NCBI GenBank assembly: GCA_937983055.1 | Contig: CALJLA010000211.1 | Location: 12,414 to 76,413, forward strand | Direction: 5' to 3' | Length of the DNA: 64,000 nt | Source: an uncultured Pseudomonadota bacterium | Lineage (GTDB): Bacteria > Pseudomonadota > Gammaproteobacteria > Burkholderiales > Eutrophovitaceae | Part shown: one piece after another, positions 26,266 to 38,050 of the stretch | Layout of the letters: every line of letters starts with the position of its first letter | How positions within the stretch are numbered: position 1 is the stretch's first letter | The notes under the pieces: model-generated | Database searches by the model: none | What the model was told of the DNA's origin: nothing | The model's input: the letters and a program-made list of their open reading frames with translations, nothing else | Program-made: the position numbers and the translations under genes

Positions 26266-27501
26266 ATGCTGTACACGGCGGCGGTCTACGCCCTTCTGCC
26301 GTGGGCGCTGCTGCATCTGCTGTGGCGTGCGCGCCGGCAACCGGCATACCTCAAGCAGGTCGGCGAGCGGTTCGGCTTTTATCGGCTGACGCCCCGTCAG
26401 CCGCTGATCTGGATTCACGCGGTGTCGGTGGGCGAGACGCGGGCGGCCGAGCCGTTGATCGCGGCGCTCGGCCGGCGCCATCCCGATCACGCCATCCTGA
26501 TTACGCACATGACGCCGACCGGGCGGGAGACGTCCGAGGCCCTGCTGGGAGCGCGCGTGTCGCGCTGCTACCTGCCCTGGGATCTGCCCGGAGCGGTGGG
26601 CCGATTCCTGCGCCATTTCCGGCCGGTGGCCGGCATCATCATGGAAACCGAGCTGTGGCCCAATCTGCTTGCCGCGTGCGAGCGCCACGGCGTGCCGGTT
26701 CATCTCGTCAACGCGCGCCTGTCCGAGCGTTCCGCCCGGCGCTATGCGCGGCTGCCGGGACTCACCCGCCGCACTCTGGCGCGCCTCGCCTCGGTCGGCG
26801 CGCAGACCGAGCGCGACGCCCAGCGCCTGCAGGCCCTGGGCGCCGTGCGGCTGGAAGTTACCGGCAACGTGAAGTTCGACCGCCCGCCGCCGGAGGCGCA
26901 GCTTGCCCTCGGTGCCACCCTGCGCGAACGCTTCGGCGCGCAGCGCCGGGTGTTTCTGGCCGCCAGCACGCGCGACGGCGAAGAGGCCCTGATCCTCGAT
27001 GCATTGGCGGAAATCGCCGATCCCGCCCTGCTTACCGTGATCGTGCCGCGGCATCCACAGCGCTTCGACGCGGTCGCCGGCCTGCTGGCGCAGCGCCGCC
27101 TGCGCTTTCAGCGCCGCAGCGGGAATGCCCCGGTCGACGGCCAGACCCGCGTGTTGCTGGGCGATTCGATGGGCGAGATGTTTGCGTACTACGCCGCGTG
27201 CGACCTGGCGTTCATCGGCGGCAGCCTGCTGCCACTCGGCGGACAGAACCTGCTCGAGGCCTGCGCGGTCGGCCGCGCGGTGATCGTCGGCCCGCACACG
27301 TTTAATTTCGAAGAGGCCACCGAACAGGCGATCGCCGCCGGCGCTGCGCTCCGTGTAGCGGACGCCGCAGGACTTGCCCGAACGGCGGCGGAACTCCTTG
27401 CGCGGCCCGAGCGCCGCCAGGCCATGGCCGATGCCGGCCTGCGCTTCACCGCGCGCCACCGCGGCGCTACCGAGCGCACCTTGACTCTGATCGGGCTGTA
27501 G
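26266..27501 (+). CDS. waaA: 3-deoxy-D-manno-octulosonic acid (Kdo) transferase
   Basis: Start at ATG 26266 (MLYTAAVYALLPWALL...) right after the waaC stop. The motif WIHAVSVGETRAAEPL is present. Confidence 0.88.
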   Translation: MLYTAAVYALLPWALLHLLWRARRQPAYLKQVGERFGFYRLTPRQPLIWIHAVSVGETRAAEPLIAALGRRHPDHAILITHMTPTGRETSEALLGARVSRCYLPWDLPGAVGRFLRHFRPVAGIIMETELWPNLLAACERHGVPVHLVNARLSERSARRYARLPGLTRRTLARLASVGAQTERDAQRLQALGAVRLEVTGNVKFDRPPPEAQLALGATLRERFGAQRRVFLAASTRDGEEALILDALAEIADPALLTVIVPRHPQRFDAVAGLLAQRRLRFQRRSGNAPVDGQTRVLLGDSMGEMFAYYAACDLAFIGGSLLPLGGQNLLEACAVGRAVIVGPHTFNFEEATEQAIAAGAALRVADAAGLARTAAELLARPERRQAMADAGLRFTARHRGATERTLTLIGL

Positions 27502-27639
27502 CACGCGCGACCACCAGTCAACGACGGACGTGGGGCATGAGGAAGGGCGCCGCGGACGGCATCCGGGTGCCCGGTAAGCCAGCCATTGCCCGGTCACGCG
27601 CGCTCAAAACGCCGGTCATGGCGAATGAGGCATGCGCAG

Positions 27640-27884
27640 GACTCGCATCCCTTCGTGCCTTCGGGCCTTTGTGTTTCTCTTTTCGGGACGAGTTCCGCTC
27701 GGTGCCGGGTGCCCAGGTGTCGCCCGATCGAGTCTGCGGTCATTGCCAGAATCGCATAGTGTACGCGTTCTTCAGGCGCCAGTTCGAGGGCAAGTGCGTG
27801 CACCAAGTACGAGTTCGGCCCGCAACTGCTGCCAGACTGCGCTGCTCGCGTTAGACCGCCTGGACCGATTCCCGGATGCGAGTC
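27640..27884. repeat. hairpin-family element (degenerate) enclosing a possible four-helix-bundle gene remnant
   Basis: An 11-nt perfect inverted repeat, gactcgcatcc (27640..27650) and ggatgcgagtc (27874..27884). The left arm continues as cccttcgtgccttcg, and atcccttcgtgccttcg (17 nt, 27646..27662) recurs in reverse complement at 32531..32547. Confidence 0.4.
27708..27815 (-). pseudogene. possible 3'-half remnant of a four-helix-bundle (23S rRNA IVS protein family) gene
   Basis: The minus-frame translation NSYLVHALALELAPEERVHYAILAMTADSIGRHLGT resembles the C-terminal helix pair of that family as I remember its consensus (..THLLLA.DLGYL.E.....L......IGRML.GL). There is no N-terminal half and no start codon. 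Confidence 0.3.
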
Positions 27885-27942
27885 GGCGCCACGCGCCACA
27901 GCGCATCCCGAGAGGCCGCGGCATCGACGCGCACGCCTGCCT

Positions 27943-28623
27943 TCAAGGTCGCTGTTTCTGGCTGCCTGCGGTTTCCGCTGGTGGCGCAGCGTCGGCGTGG
28001 GAGTAGCAGCCTGCCTCGGTGAGCACGGCGTCGAGTCGCTGGTCGTGCGGCCCGAGCGGCAGCGATTCGAGCACCTGCACCGAGAACGCGCCGGCCGCCT
28101 TGAAGACCCCATGCCCGAGCGTGGCAATCAGCCCGTCGTAATAGCCCCCGCCGTAACCCAACCGCTCGCCGCGCGCGGTGAAAGCCACACCGGGCACCAG
28201 CATGAACTCCAAGCTTGCCGCATCGACCGGCTCACAGCGCGTCGGGTCCGGTTCGAGAATACCCCACACACCGGGCCGCAGCTCGGCGTCCGGATCCGCC
28301 ACCCTGCACAGCTCCAGCCGCCGCCGGGAACGATCGACCCTCGGCAGCAGCAGCGCCTTGCCGTCGCCGAGCACCGACCGGATGAACGCGCCCGTGTCGA
28401 ACTCGGTGCCGAATGCGCTGTAGGCCGCCACGCAGCGCGCGGCCCGGTAGCGCGGGTGGCCAAGCAGCAAACCGGTGATGACGCCGCTCGCCGCCGCACG
28501 CGCCGCGCCGGACAGCGCCGCGCGCGCCGCGAGCACCTGCTCCCGCAGCGCGTGCTTCGCCTGAGCCAGCCGCTCGTCCCGCGCCGATGGCGTCGTGGCC
28601 GCGCGTGCATCACCCGCATGCAT
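27943..28623 (-). CDS. 5-formyltetrahydrofolate cyclo-ligase
   Basis: Start taken at ATG 28623. The C-terminus VPGVAFTARGERLGYGGGYYD is typical of the family. Confidence 0.8.
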   Translation of the reverse strand: MHAGDARAATTPSARDERLAQAKHALREQVLAARAALSGAARAAASGVITGLLLGHPRYRAARCVAAYSAFGTEFDTGAFIRSVLGDGKALLLPRVDRSRRRLELCRVADPDAELRPGVWGILEPDPTRCEPVDAASLEFMLVPGVAFTARGERLGYGGGYYDGLIATLGHGVFKAAGAFSVQVLESLPLGPHDQRLDAVLTEAGCYSHADAAPPAETAGSQKQRP

Positions 28624-28681
28624 CGTCTGCTCTTCGCTCCCCCGCTGCCCGGCGTTGCCCCGCATGGCGCATGGACCGCCG

Positions 28682-29335
28682 TCAGAAAACAAACCGCTCC
28701 GGCTGTCGAATGTTGCGAAGCGGTGGAATACAGGTCTCGAACAGGCCCGCGCTGTTCCAGGCCGTGTCGGTGAGCCGGGTGATCAGCGTCGCGGTCATCA
28801 CCGGAGGTTCGCCGATCACCGCAAGCAGCCGCCCGCCCAGCGCCAGCTGCGCCTTGAACGCCTCGGGCAGCAGCGGCACCGACCCGGTCAACAGAATGGC
28901 GTCGTAAGGCGCGAACGGCGACCAGCCCGAGGCCGCATCGCCGACTTCCAGTGTGACGTTGCGCAGGTCATGGCCGGCCAGCCTGCGCGCCGCGGCGTGA
29001 CTGAACTCGGCGATTCGCTCGACGCTGACCACATGCCCTGCCTGTCCGGCAAGCAGCGCAGTGACATAGCCGCTGCCGGTGCCGACTTCCAGCACCTTGT
29101 CCGCCGTCGTCAGCGCCAGCGACTGAAGCATCCGCGCCTCGAGCTTCGGTGTCAGCATGACTTCGCCATGGCCGAGCGGAATTTCCATGTCGGCAAAGGC
29201 CAGCGAGCGGTACTGCGGCGGCACGAATTCCTCGCGCTTCACCGTGAACAGCAGATCCAGCACCGCCTGGTCGAGCACGTCCCACGTGCGAATCTGGCTT
29301 TCGATCATGTTGAACCGCGCCTTCTCGACATCCAT
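28682..29335 (-). CDS. pcm: protein-L-isoaspartate O-methyltransferase family protein
   Basis: 217 aa from ATG 29335 (MDVEKARFNMIESQIRTW), with motif VLEVGTGSGYVTALLA. The longer listed ORF to 29752 runs into the thiC leader. Confidence 0.7.
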   Translation of the reverse strand: MDVEKARFNMIESQIRTWDVLDQAVLDLLFTVKREEFVPPQYRSLAFADMEIPLGHGEVMLTPKLEARMLQSLALTTADKVLEVGTGSGYVTALLAGQAGHVVSVERIAEFSHAAARRLAGHDLRNVTLEVGDAASGWSPFAPYDAILLTGSVPLLPEAFKAQLALGGRLLAVIGEPPVMTATLITRLTDTAWNSAGLFETCIPPLRNIRQPERFVF

Positions 29336-29435
29336 CGGAACGTGACGACCCCGGGGCGTTGAACGTGGCGTTAATGATACAGATGCTTTACCATCGGTAC
29401 TGCGTTGGGGGTCCTTCTGACGCTGCGCTTGCATG

Positions 29436-31475
<2,040 letters not shown>

Positions 31476-31502
31476 AATCGCCGCGTCTCCTACAGGCGGT
31501 CG

Positions 31503-31537
31503 GAAGCGGTGGGCCGATGACTCACCGCTTCTTTTTT
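31503..31537 (+). terminator. rho-independent terminator after thiC
   Basis: The stem gaagcggtg (31503..31511) pairs with caccgcttc (31523..31531) and is followed by tttttt. Confidence 0.75.
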
Positions 31538-31550
31538 GCACACGATTTCA

Positions 31551-32363
31551 ATGGATCTGATTAAGGCACTGCTGCTGGGCATCCTCGAGGGACTGACCGA
31601 GTTCATTCCAGTCTCCAGCACCGGACATCTGATCATCGCTTCCAGCCTGCTCGACTTCACCGATGAGCGTGCCAAGGTATTCGCCATCGTCATCCAGCTC
31701 GGCGCCATCTGCGCGGTGTGCTGGGCCTACCGCGACAAGCTGCTGGAGGTAACGCGGGGGCTGGGCCGCAACGCGGCGGCCAACCGCTTCGTCACGAACC
31801 TGCTGATCGCTTTTCTGCCGGCAGTAGTGATCGGCCTGCTGTTCCACCGTGTCATCAAGACCTACCTGTTCTCGCCGCTGACCGTGGCCGGCGCCCTGGT
31901 GGTCGGCGGCCTGGTCATCCTGTGGGCGGAGTCGCGATCGCACACCGCACGCCTGAACCATGTCGACGAGCTGCGCTGGCATGACGCGCTCAAGGTAGGC
32001 CTGGCGCAGACCGTCGCAATGTTTCCGGGCGTCTCGCGTGCCGGCGCCACCATCATCGGCGGCATGCTACTGGGCTTGTCGAGGGAGACCGCGACGCGCT
32101 TCTCGTTCTTTCTGGCCATTCCCACCATGCTGGGCGCCGCGGTCTACGACCTGTACCGGAACTGGTCGCTGTTGAATGCCGCCGACCTGCCGGTGTTCTG
32201 CGTCGGCTTTGCGGCGGCCTTTGCCGCCGCACTGCCGACGGTGCGGGCCCTGTTGAACTATGTGGCCCGACACAGTTTCCGGCCCTTTGCCTGGTACCGG
32301 ATTGCCTTCGGCGGGCTGGTGCTGCTGACCTGGCAGCTCGGCTGGGTGGATTGGTCAGATTAG
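31551..32363 (+). CDS. uppP: undecaprenyl-diphosphate phosphatase
   Basis: Start at ATG 31551 ([27 protein letters not shown]), because the listed TTG start 31536 lies inside the thiC terminator. Confidence 0.9.
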   Translation: MDLIKALLLGILEGLTEFIPVSSTGHLIIASSLLDFTDERAKVFAIVIQLGAICAVCWAYRDKLLEVTRGLGRNAAANRFVTNLLIAFLPAVVIGLLFHRVIKTYLFSPLTVAGALVVGGLVILWAESRSHTARLNHVDELRWHDALKVGLAQTVAMFPGVSRAGATIIGGMLLGLSRETATRFSFFLAIPTMLGAAVYDLYRNWSLLNAADLPVFCVGFAAAFAAALPTVRALLNYVARHSFRPFAWYRIAFGGLVLLTWQLGWVDWSD

Positions 32364-32390
32364 TTTTTTTCGCGCGAGCAAAACCTCGGT

Positions 32391-32467
32391 CGAACCACCC
32401 AGTCACCAGGAGAACCCCTCACCCGGTTTGCCCTGCCGTTTTGGCGTCTCGGTGTCTTGGTGGTTCG
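32391..32467. repeat. empty hairpin-family element
   Basis: The left arm cgaaccacccagtcaccaggaga pairs with the right arm tctcggtgtcttggtggttcg (9 perfect terminal bp, then imperfect pairing), with a ~33-nt loop. Confidence 0.6.
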
Positions 32468-32514
32468 CCCTATCTTTTCGCTTTAGAACGCACCCGGTGC
32501 GGACCCAAAGACAA

Positions 32515-32664
32515 GAACCAGAAGCGATACACGAAGGCACGAAGGGATCCAGATTTCCTTGTCTCGCCGCCAGATTATCGTCGGCGCCCTCTGCGTTGAG
32601 CGCCTTGCGCCGTCCAACGGCCGGCTTACCGAGCACTAAGCACTGAGCACCGAGCAACGAGCAC
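32515..32664. repeat. unpaired hairpin-family arms (gaaccagaagcgatacacgaaggcacgaaggg; tandem gagcac 7-9-mers)
   Basis: 32515..32546 carries a left-type terminal motif plus cgaaggcac repeats. 32631..32664 is gagcactaagcactgagcaccgagcaacgagcac. I saw no complementary partner nearby. Confidence 0.45.
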
Positions 32665-32670
32665 TGCTTT

Positions 32671-33123
32671 TCAGCTTTGCACCCAAGGCAATCCGGCCGC
32701 GCGCCAGCCACCGATCGTATTGCGATGGCCCTGGCTGTCCTTGTCGCCCTCGAAACCCTCGAGCACGTTGAATGCCTGCGCATAGCCCGCGGCGGCCGCG
32801 GCGGCCGCGGCCGCGTGCGAGCGGGCGCCGCTGCGACAGATGAACATGACCAACGCCTCCGGATCGACCCGCGCCTTGAGCTCGGCGATGAAGTCAGGGT
32901 TGAGCTGCCCTCCGGGGTATCGCTGCCATTCGATCTGCACCGCACCGGGTATGCGCCCGACGTAATCCCATTCAGCGCGAGTGCGCACATCGACAAGGCA
33001 CGCCCCGGGCGCCTTGCGCAGCACTTCGGCCGCTTCCGCGGGCAATAGTGCACCGTTGTAGGGCAGGGTTTGCGCTTCGCCACGCTGCTCGGCGGCGCTG
33101 ATGATATCGCTGAGTGAAGCCAT
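32671..33123 (-). CDS. rhodanese-domain sulfurtransferase
   Basis: 150 aa with the active-site loop FICRSGARS and a typical single-domain rhodanese layout. Confidence 0.8.
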   Translation of the reverse strand: MASLSDIISAAEQRGEAQTLPYNGALLPAEAAEVLRKAPGACLVDVRTRAEWDYVGRIPGAVQIEWQRYPGGQLNPDFIAELKARVDPEALVMFICRSGARSHAAAAAAAAAGYAQAFNVLEGFEGDKDSQGHRNTIGGWRAAGLPWVQS

Positions 33124-33242
33124 ATTCAGTCCTTAATTTAGATAGTTGTCTATTACTCCGGGCGCCCTGCCAAGAGCGACTGGCAAGTGTGCCCGGCTGT
33201 GGCGACGATCATCGCCCTGATTTGGGGCGGTATAATCCCGCC

Positions 33243-33259
33243 TGCACTATAAATGTGCA
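33243..33259 (+). promoter_or_regulatory. NtrC enhancer-type binding site
   Basis: tgcactataaatgtgca has the form TGCAC-N7-GTGCA (consensus TGCACCA-N3-TGGTGCA). It lies ~65 bp upstream of the sigma-54 promoter. Confidence 0.6.
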
Positions 33260-33321
33260 TCAAAGCCGCACTTCCATTCGATTTTATCTCTCAACTCTTT
33301 GTTTATTAGTAATTATTTGAC

Positions 33322-33337
33322 GGGCACGCTTCCTGCT
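33322..33337 (+). promoter_or_regulatory. sigma-54 (-24/-12) promoter of glnA
   Basis: gGGCACGcttccTGCT compared with the consensus TGGCACG-N4-TTGCT. The GG-N10-GC spacing is exact, and the site is ~50 nt upstream of the glnA ATG. Confidence 0.7.
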
Positions 33338-33389
33338 CATCTGCGTTTCCGATTTTCTACACCCAACCCGATAGTCCCAGGAGAACAAG

Positions 33390-34802
33390 ATGGCTTCACC
33401 AGCCGAAGTACTTAAGTTGATCAAGGACAAGGAGGTCAAGTTCGTCGACCTGCGGTTCACCGATACGCGTGGCAAGGAGCAGCACGTGTCCGTCCCGGCC
33501 AAGCAATTCGATGCTTCGAAGTTCGAAGACGGACATGCCTTCGACGGTTCATCGATCGCCGGCTGGAAAGGCATTCAGGCCTCCGACATGCTGCTGATGC
33601 CGGACGCGGATTCTGCGCGGATGGATCCTTTCAGCGATGAGCCCGTGCTGAACATCAGTTGCGACGTGATCGAGCCGTCCGACGGCAAGGGATACGACCG
33701 CGACCCGCGCTCGATTGCCAAGCGCGCCGAAGCCTACCTGAAGTCCAGCGGCCTGGGCGACATCGCCTACTTCGGACCAGAACCCGAGTTCTTCGTCTTC
33801 GACAGCATCACCTGGAAGGTGGACATGCAGGGCTGCTTCGTCAAGATCAACTCCGAAGAGGCCCCGTGGTCGACCGGCATCGAATTCGAGGGCGGCAACA
33901 TGGGCCACCGCGCTCCCGTCAAAGGCGGCTATTTCCCGGTGCCGCCGGTCGATTCCCTGCAGGATATCCGCAACGCGATGTGTCTTGCGCTGGAGGCCCA
34001 GGGCGTCGAAGTGGAAGTGCATCACCATGAAGTCGCCGCACCCGGCCAGTGCGAAATCGGCACCAAGTTCAACAGCCTGGTGAAGCGCGCCGACTGGATG
34101 CAGATCCTGAAGTACACCGTCTGGAATGTCGCGGCTTCCTACGGCAAGACGGCGACCTTCATGCCCAAGCCGGTCGTGGGCGACAACGGCTCGGGCATGC
34201 ACGTGCACCAGTCGGTGTGGAAGGGCGGCCAGAACCTGTTCGCGGGCAACGGCTATGCCGGGCTGTCGGAGTTCGCGCTCTACTACATCGGCGGGATCAT
34301 CAAGCACGCGCGTGCGCTGAACGCCATTACCAATCCCGGCACCAACTCCTACAAGCGACTGGTTCCCGGCTTCGAGGCGCCGATCAACCTGGCCTACTCG
34401 GCGCGAAACCGTTCCGCCGCCTGCCGGATTCCCCACGTGTCGAGCCCGAAAGCGCGCCGCGTTGAAGTGCGCTTCCCCGACCCGACGGCCAACCCGTATC
34501 TGGCATTCTCGGCGCTGCTGATGGCCGGCCTCGACGGCGTGCAGAACAAGATCCACCCGGGCGACCCGATTGACAAGAACCTCTACGACCTGCCGCCGGA
34601 AGAAGCGAAGAAGGTGCCGACGGTGTGCGCCTCGCTCGAGCAGGCCCTGGAGCACCTGGACAAGGAGCGCGCCTTCCTCACCAAGGGCGGCGTGTTCACC
34701 GACGACATGATCGACGCCTACATCGCGCTGAAGATGGAAGAGGTCACCCGGTTCCGGATGACCTCCCACCCGGTCGAGTTCGACATGTACTACAGCTCCT
34801 GA
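33390..34802 (+). CDS. glnA: glutamine synthetase type I
   Basis: 470 aa with [34 protein letters not shown] and the adenylylation-site region NLYDLPPEE. Confidence 0.95.
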   Translation: MASPAEVLKLIKDKEVKFVDLRFTDTRGKEQHVSVPAKQFDASKFEDGHAFDGSSIAGWKGIQASDMLLMPDADSARMDPFSDEPVLNISCDVIEPSDGKGYDRDPRSIAKRAEAYLKSSGLGDIAYFGPEPEFFVFDSITWKVDMQGCFVKINSEEAPWSTGIEFEGGNMGHRAPVKGGYFPVPPVDSLQDIRNAMCLALEAQGVEVEVHHHEVAAPGQCEIGTKFNSLVKRADWMQILKYTVWNVAASYGKTATFMPKPVVGDNGSGMHVHQSVWKGGQNLFAGNGYAGLSEFALYYIGGIIKHARALNAITNPGTNSYKRLVPGFEAPINLAYSARNRSAACRIPHVSSPKARRVEVRFPDPTANPYLAFSALLMAGLDGVQNKIHPGDPIDKNLYDLPPEEAKKVPTVCASLEQALEHLDKERAFLTKGGVFTDDMIDAYIALKMEEVTRFRMTSHPVEFDMYYSS

Positions 34803-34828
34803 CCCGCGCGCGGGCCGCGGGCCGAGAA

Positions 34829-34853
34829 AGGGCGGGCCTCCCCGCCCTTTTTT
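34829..34853 (+). terminator. rho-independent terminator after glnA
   Basis: The hairpin gggcggg-cctc-cccgccc is followed by tttttt. Confidence 0.8.
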
Positions 34854-34952
34854 GTCTGCGCGCTTCGCGCTGGGCCGTCACCTTCAACGTTGATCCGTCC
34901 CTACAGCTAGCTTAGACTCCGGTGCCGAAAACTGCCGAACTGATCCGGGTCG

Positions 34953-35471
34953 ATGCGGGCCCGAACCTGCCGGATGTCAAGACTTCCGTTCCAGGCTGCC
35001 TGCCTCGCGATCCTTGCCACTATCTTCGCCCGCGACGCGCTTGCGGAGATCTGCATGTATCGCGACGCCGATGGCCACATCACTTACTCGAACATCACCG
35101 AGCTGCCGCCAAAGGGCGCCGAGAAGATCCGCTGCTTCGAGGAAGCGCGCAAGCCCCGGGCAGCGGCGCCGGAGGCGGAGCGCGCGAACACGCCGCGGTC
35201 GGCGAACACCGACGCCTTTCCCAAGGTCGACGGCGAAACCCAGCGCCGCAGGGACGATGGCCGGCGCCGGATTCTGGAGCAGGAGCTTGCCGACGAAACA
35301 CAGCGCCTGCAGGATGCCCAGCAGGCGCTGGCCGCCCAGGAGTCGGTGCGCGCCGGCGACGAACGAAATTACCAGCGCTATCTGGACCGCGTTCAACCCT
35401 TCCGCGAAGCGGTCGAAAACCATCAACCCAACGTAGCAGCGATCCGGCGCGACCTCGCCTACATGCGCTGA
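34953..35471 (+). CDS. DUF4124-domain secreted protein
   Basis: A signal-like N-terminus is followed by MYRDADGHITYSNITELP (DUF4124 signature) and a charged coiled region. The start may be ATG 34974. Confidence 0.6.
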   Translation: MRARTCRMSRLPFQAACLAILATIFARDALAEICMYRDADGHITYSNITELPPKGAEKIRCFEEARKPRAAAPEAERANTPRSANTDAFPKVDGETQRRRDDGRRRILEQELADETQRLQDAQQALAAQESVRAGDERNYQRYLDRVQPFREAVENHQPNVAAIRRDLAYMR

Positions 35472-35520
35472 TCGGGCGCGGGCGCGCGGCGCCGCGCGAA
35501 ATGCTTCACGGCGGACGGCC

Positions 35521-36570
35521 GTGGATATCCTGAGATTTCCGGGGCTGGAGGCCCTCGCCACGGCGGTCGTGCTGCTCGAAGCGCGGCGCGTCGTGCGCTA
35601 CATCAATCCAGCGGCGGAAAACCTTTTCGCGATAAGCGCAAAGAACATCGTCGGTCAGCCCATCGAGCGGGTCTTCGCCGAGCCAGCCCCGGTGTCGACC
35701 GTCGTGGACTACGCCGAAAGTCACAGCTGCAGCTACACCCAGCACGAGTTGGCGTTAGTCATGCCCAGCGGCGCAAGGCTGGAGCTTTCCTGTACGGTCA
35801 CTCCGGCGGAAATCGGTGGCCTTGGCGGCTTCCTGCTGGAGTTCAATCCGCTCAGCCAGCAGCTGCGCGTCGCCCGCGAGGAGCGACTGCTTGACCAGAG
35901 CGCCCGCAATCGCGAGCTGATCCGCAACCTGGCCCACGAAATCAAGAATCCGCTGGGCGCGCTGCGCGGGGCCGCCCAGCTGCTCGACCGCGAGCTGGAC
36001 CGGCCGGAGCTGCACGAATACACGCAGGTGATCATGGCCGAGGCCGACCGGCTTCAGTTGCTGATGGACCGTCTGCTCACGCCGCATCGCATTCCGCAGT
36101 ATGTGCAGTTCAACATTCACGAAGCGCTGGAGCGCGTGCGCAGCCTGATCCTCGCCGAGTTTCCGCGCACGCTGAAAGTGCGCCGCGACTACGACGTCAG
36201 CCTCCCGCCTCTGACCGCCGACCGGGAACAGATCATCCAGGCGCTTCTCAACATCTCGCGCAATGCCGCGGTGGCAATGCAGTGCCGCGGCGAGCTCAGG
36301 CGGTTCACTCGGTTCTCCCGGCAACTCCCCCTGCCGAACAAGGTCCCCCCACTGGCGACCGCGGTGCACATCGAGGACGACGGACCCGGTATTCCGGCGG
36401 AGCTGCAGGACCGCATTTTCTTTCCGCTGGTGTCGGGCCGCGAAGGCGGCAGCGGCCTGGGGCTGACGCTCGCCCAGACCTTTGTCAGCCAGCACCACGG
36501 CACCATCGAACTCGACACACGGCCGGGACGCACCTGCTTCTCGGTGCTGCTGCCCGTCGAGGAGCACTGA
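35521..36570 (+). CDS. glnL: nitrogen regulation sensor histidine kinase NtrB
   Basis: PAS region, H-box NLAHEIKNPLGALRGAAQLL, and ATPase region DDGPGIP...GGSGLGLTLAQ. Located upstream of ntrC and downstream of glnA. Confidence 0.9.
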   Translation: MDILRFPGLEALATAVVLLEARRVVRYINPAAENLFAISAKNIVGQPIERVFAEPAPVSTVVDYAESHSCSYTQHELALVMPSGARLELSCTVTPAEIGGLGGFLLEFNPLSQQLRVAREERLLDQSARNRELIRNLAHEIKNPLGALRGAAQLLDRELDRPELHEYTQVIMAEADRLQLLMDRLLTPHRIPQYVQFNIHEALERVRSLILAEFPRTLKVRRDYDVSLPPLTADREQIIQALLNISRNAAVAMQCRGELRRFTRFSRQLPLPNKVPPLATAVHIEDDGPGIPAELQDRIFFPLVSGREGGSGLGLTLAQTFVSQHHGTIELDTRPGRTCFSVLLPVEEH

Positions 36571-36634
36571 CAGGCACCTGGATCGCCAGGCACCACAAGT
36601 ACCAACAGGTTGACGAGACATCGCCAGGAACATC

Positions 36635-38038
36635 ATGAAACCGATCTGGATCATCGACGACGACCGCTCCATCCGCTGGGTTTTCGAGAAAGCCTTGTCT
36701 CGGGAAGGCATCCCGTTCAAGGTCTTCTCATCCACGCAGGAGGCGCTCGCAGCCCTCGGCGAATCGTTGCCGCAGGTAGTGGTCAGCGACATCCGCATGC
36801 CGGGCGGCTCGGGCCTCGAGCTCCTGCAGCGCATGAAGGAAAGCCATCCGACGCTGCCGGTCATCATCATGACCGCCTATTCCGACCTGGAGAGCGCGGT
36901 CGCGGCGTTTCAGGGCGGCGCGTTCGAGTATCTGCCGAAACCCTTCGACGTGGACCAGGCGGTCGATCTCATCCGCCGCGCGATGGACGAGAGCCTGCGC
37001 CAGGACGAAGTTGGCGACGCCGTCGACGAAGCGCCGGAGATACTGGGCCAGGCACCTTCGATGCAGGAGGTGTTTCGCGCCATCGGGCGCCTGACCCAGT
37101 CGCACGCGACGGTGCTGATCAACGGCGAATCCGGCACCGGCAAGGAACTGGTGGCGCGCGCGCTCCATCGCCACAGCCCGCGGGCGGCCAAGCCTTTCAT
37201 CGCCATCAACACCGCGGCCATTCCCAAGGACCTGCTGGAATCCGAGCTCTTCGGCCACGAACGCGGCGCCTTTACCGGCGCCCAGGCGATGCGCCGCGGC
37301 CGATTCGAGCAGGCGGAGGGCGGCACCCTGTTTCTGGACGAGATCGGCGATATGCCGCCGGATCTTCAGACCCGCCTGCTGCGGGTGATTTCGGATGGAC
37401 ACTTCTATCGGGTGGGCGGCCACCAGCCGATCAAGGCGAACGTGCGAATCATCGCCGCGACCCATCAGGATCTCGAAAACCGGGTGAAACAGGGTCTGTT
37501 CCGCGAAGACCTGTTTCATCGGCTGAACGTGATTCGGGTGCGCCTGCCGAGCCTGCGCGAACGGCGTGAGGACATTCCCCTGCTTGCCCGCCACTTCTTG
37601 CAGAAGAGCGCGCGCGAGCTCAGCGTCGAGCCGAAGCGGCTGACGCCGGCCGCCATGAAGTATCTCGGATCGCTCGACTGGCCGGGCAACGTGCGGCAGC
37701 TGGAGAACCTCTGCCACTGGGTGACCGTAATGGCGCCCGGCAGCAACGTCGATGTGAAAGATCTGCCGCCGGAGTTGCGCGAAGAGGCACGCGCGGGAGC
37801 GACGGAGAGCTGGGTCTCGGCGCTGGAGCGCGAAGCGGAAAGCCAGCTGAAGGGCGGCCAGACCGGCATCCTCGACGAGCTGACCCGCCAGTTCGAGCGC
37901 GCGCTGATCATGCGCGCGCTGGCGCACACCGGCGGCCGACGCATCGAAGCCTCGCAGCTGCTCGGCATGGGCCGCAATACGCTGACCCGCAAGATCCAGG
38001 AACTCGGTCTGGACGAGGAACTGCAGAAGGACAGATAA
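36635..38038 (+). CDS. glnG: nitrogen regulation response regulator NtrC (sigma-54 activator)
   Basis: Receiver domain ([13 protein letters not shown]...DIRMPG), AAA+ region ([21 protein letters not shown]) and a C-terminal Fis-type HTH. Confidence 0.93.
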   Translation: MKPIWIIDDDRSIRWVFEKALSREGIPFKVFSSTQEALAALGESLPQVVVSDIRMPGGSGLELLQRMKESHPTLPVIIMTAYSDLESAVAAFQGGAFEYLPKPFDVDQAVDLIRRAMDESLRQDEVGDAVDEAPEILGQAPSMQEVFRAIGRLTQSHATVLINGESGTGKELVARALHRHSPRAAKPFIAINTAAIPKDLLESELFGHERGAFTGAQAMRRGRFEQAEGGTLFLDEIGDMPPDLQTRLLRVISDGHFYRVGGHQPIKANVRIIAATHQDLENRVKQGLFREDLFHRLNVIRVRLPSLRERREDIPLLARHFLQKSARELSVEPKRLTPAAMKYLGSLDWPGNVRQLENLCHWVTVMAPGSNVDVKDLPPELREEARAGATESWVSALEREAESQLKGGQTGILDELTRQFERALIMRALAHTGGRRIEASQLLGMGRNTLTRKIQELGLDEELQKDR

Positions 38039-38050
38039 CGCCGCCGGGCG

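Noticed and set aside
27502-27942. An expected 6S RNA (ssrS), because the 5-formyl-THF cyclo-ligase gene (ygfA) is classically linked to it.
   Set aside because: In E. coli, ssrS lies upstream of ygfA. Here the upstream spacer is only ~58 nt. The large spacer is downstream and is better explained by a degenerate hairpin cassette. I saw no 6S-like closing stem with a central bubble, but a covariance-model scan should confirm this.
38039-38050. The small hairpin acgcc-gccg-ggcgt between convergent ntrC and xthA, considered as a bidirectional terminator.
   Set aside because: The stem is only 5 bp and there is no U/T run on either side, so the support is insufficient.
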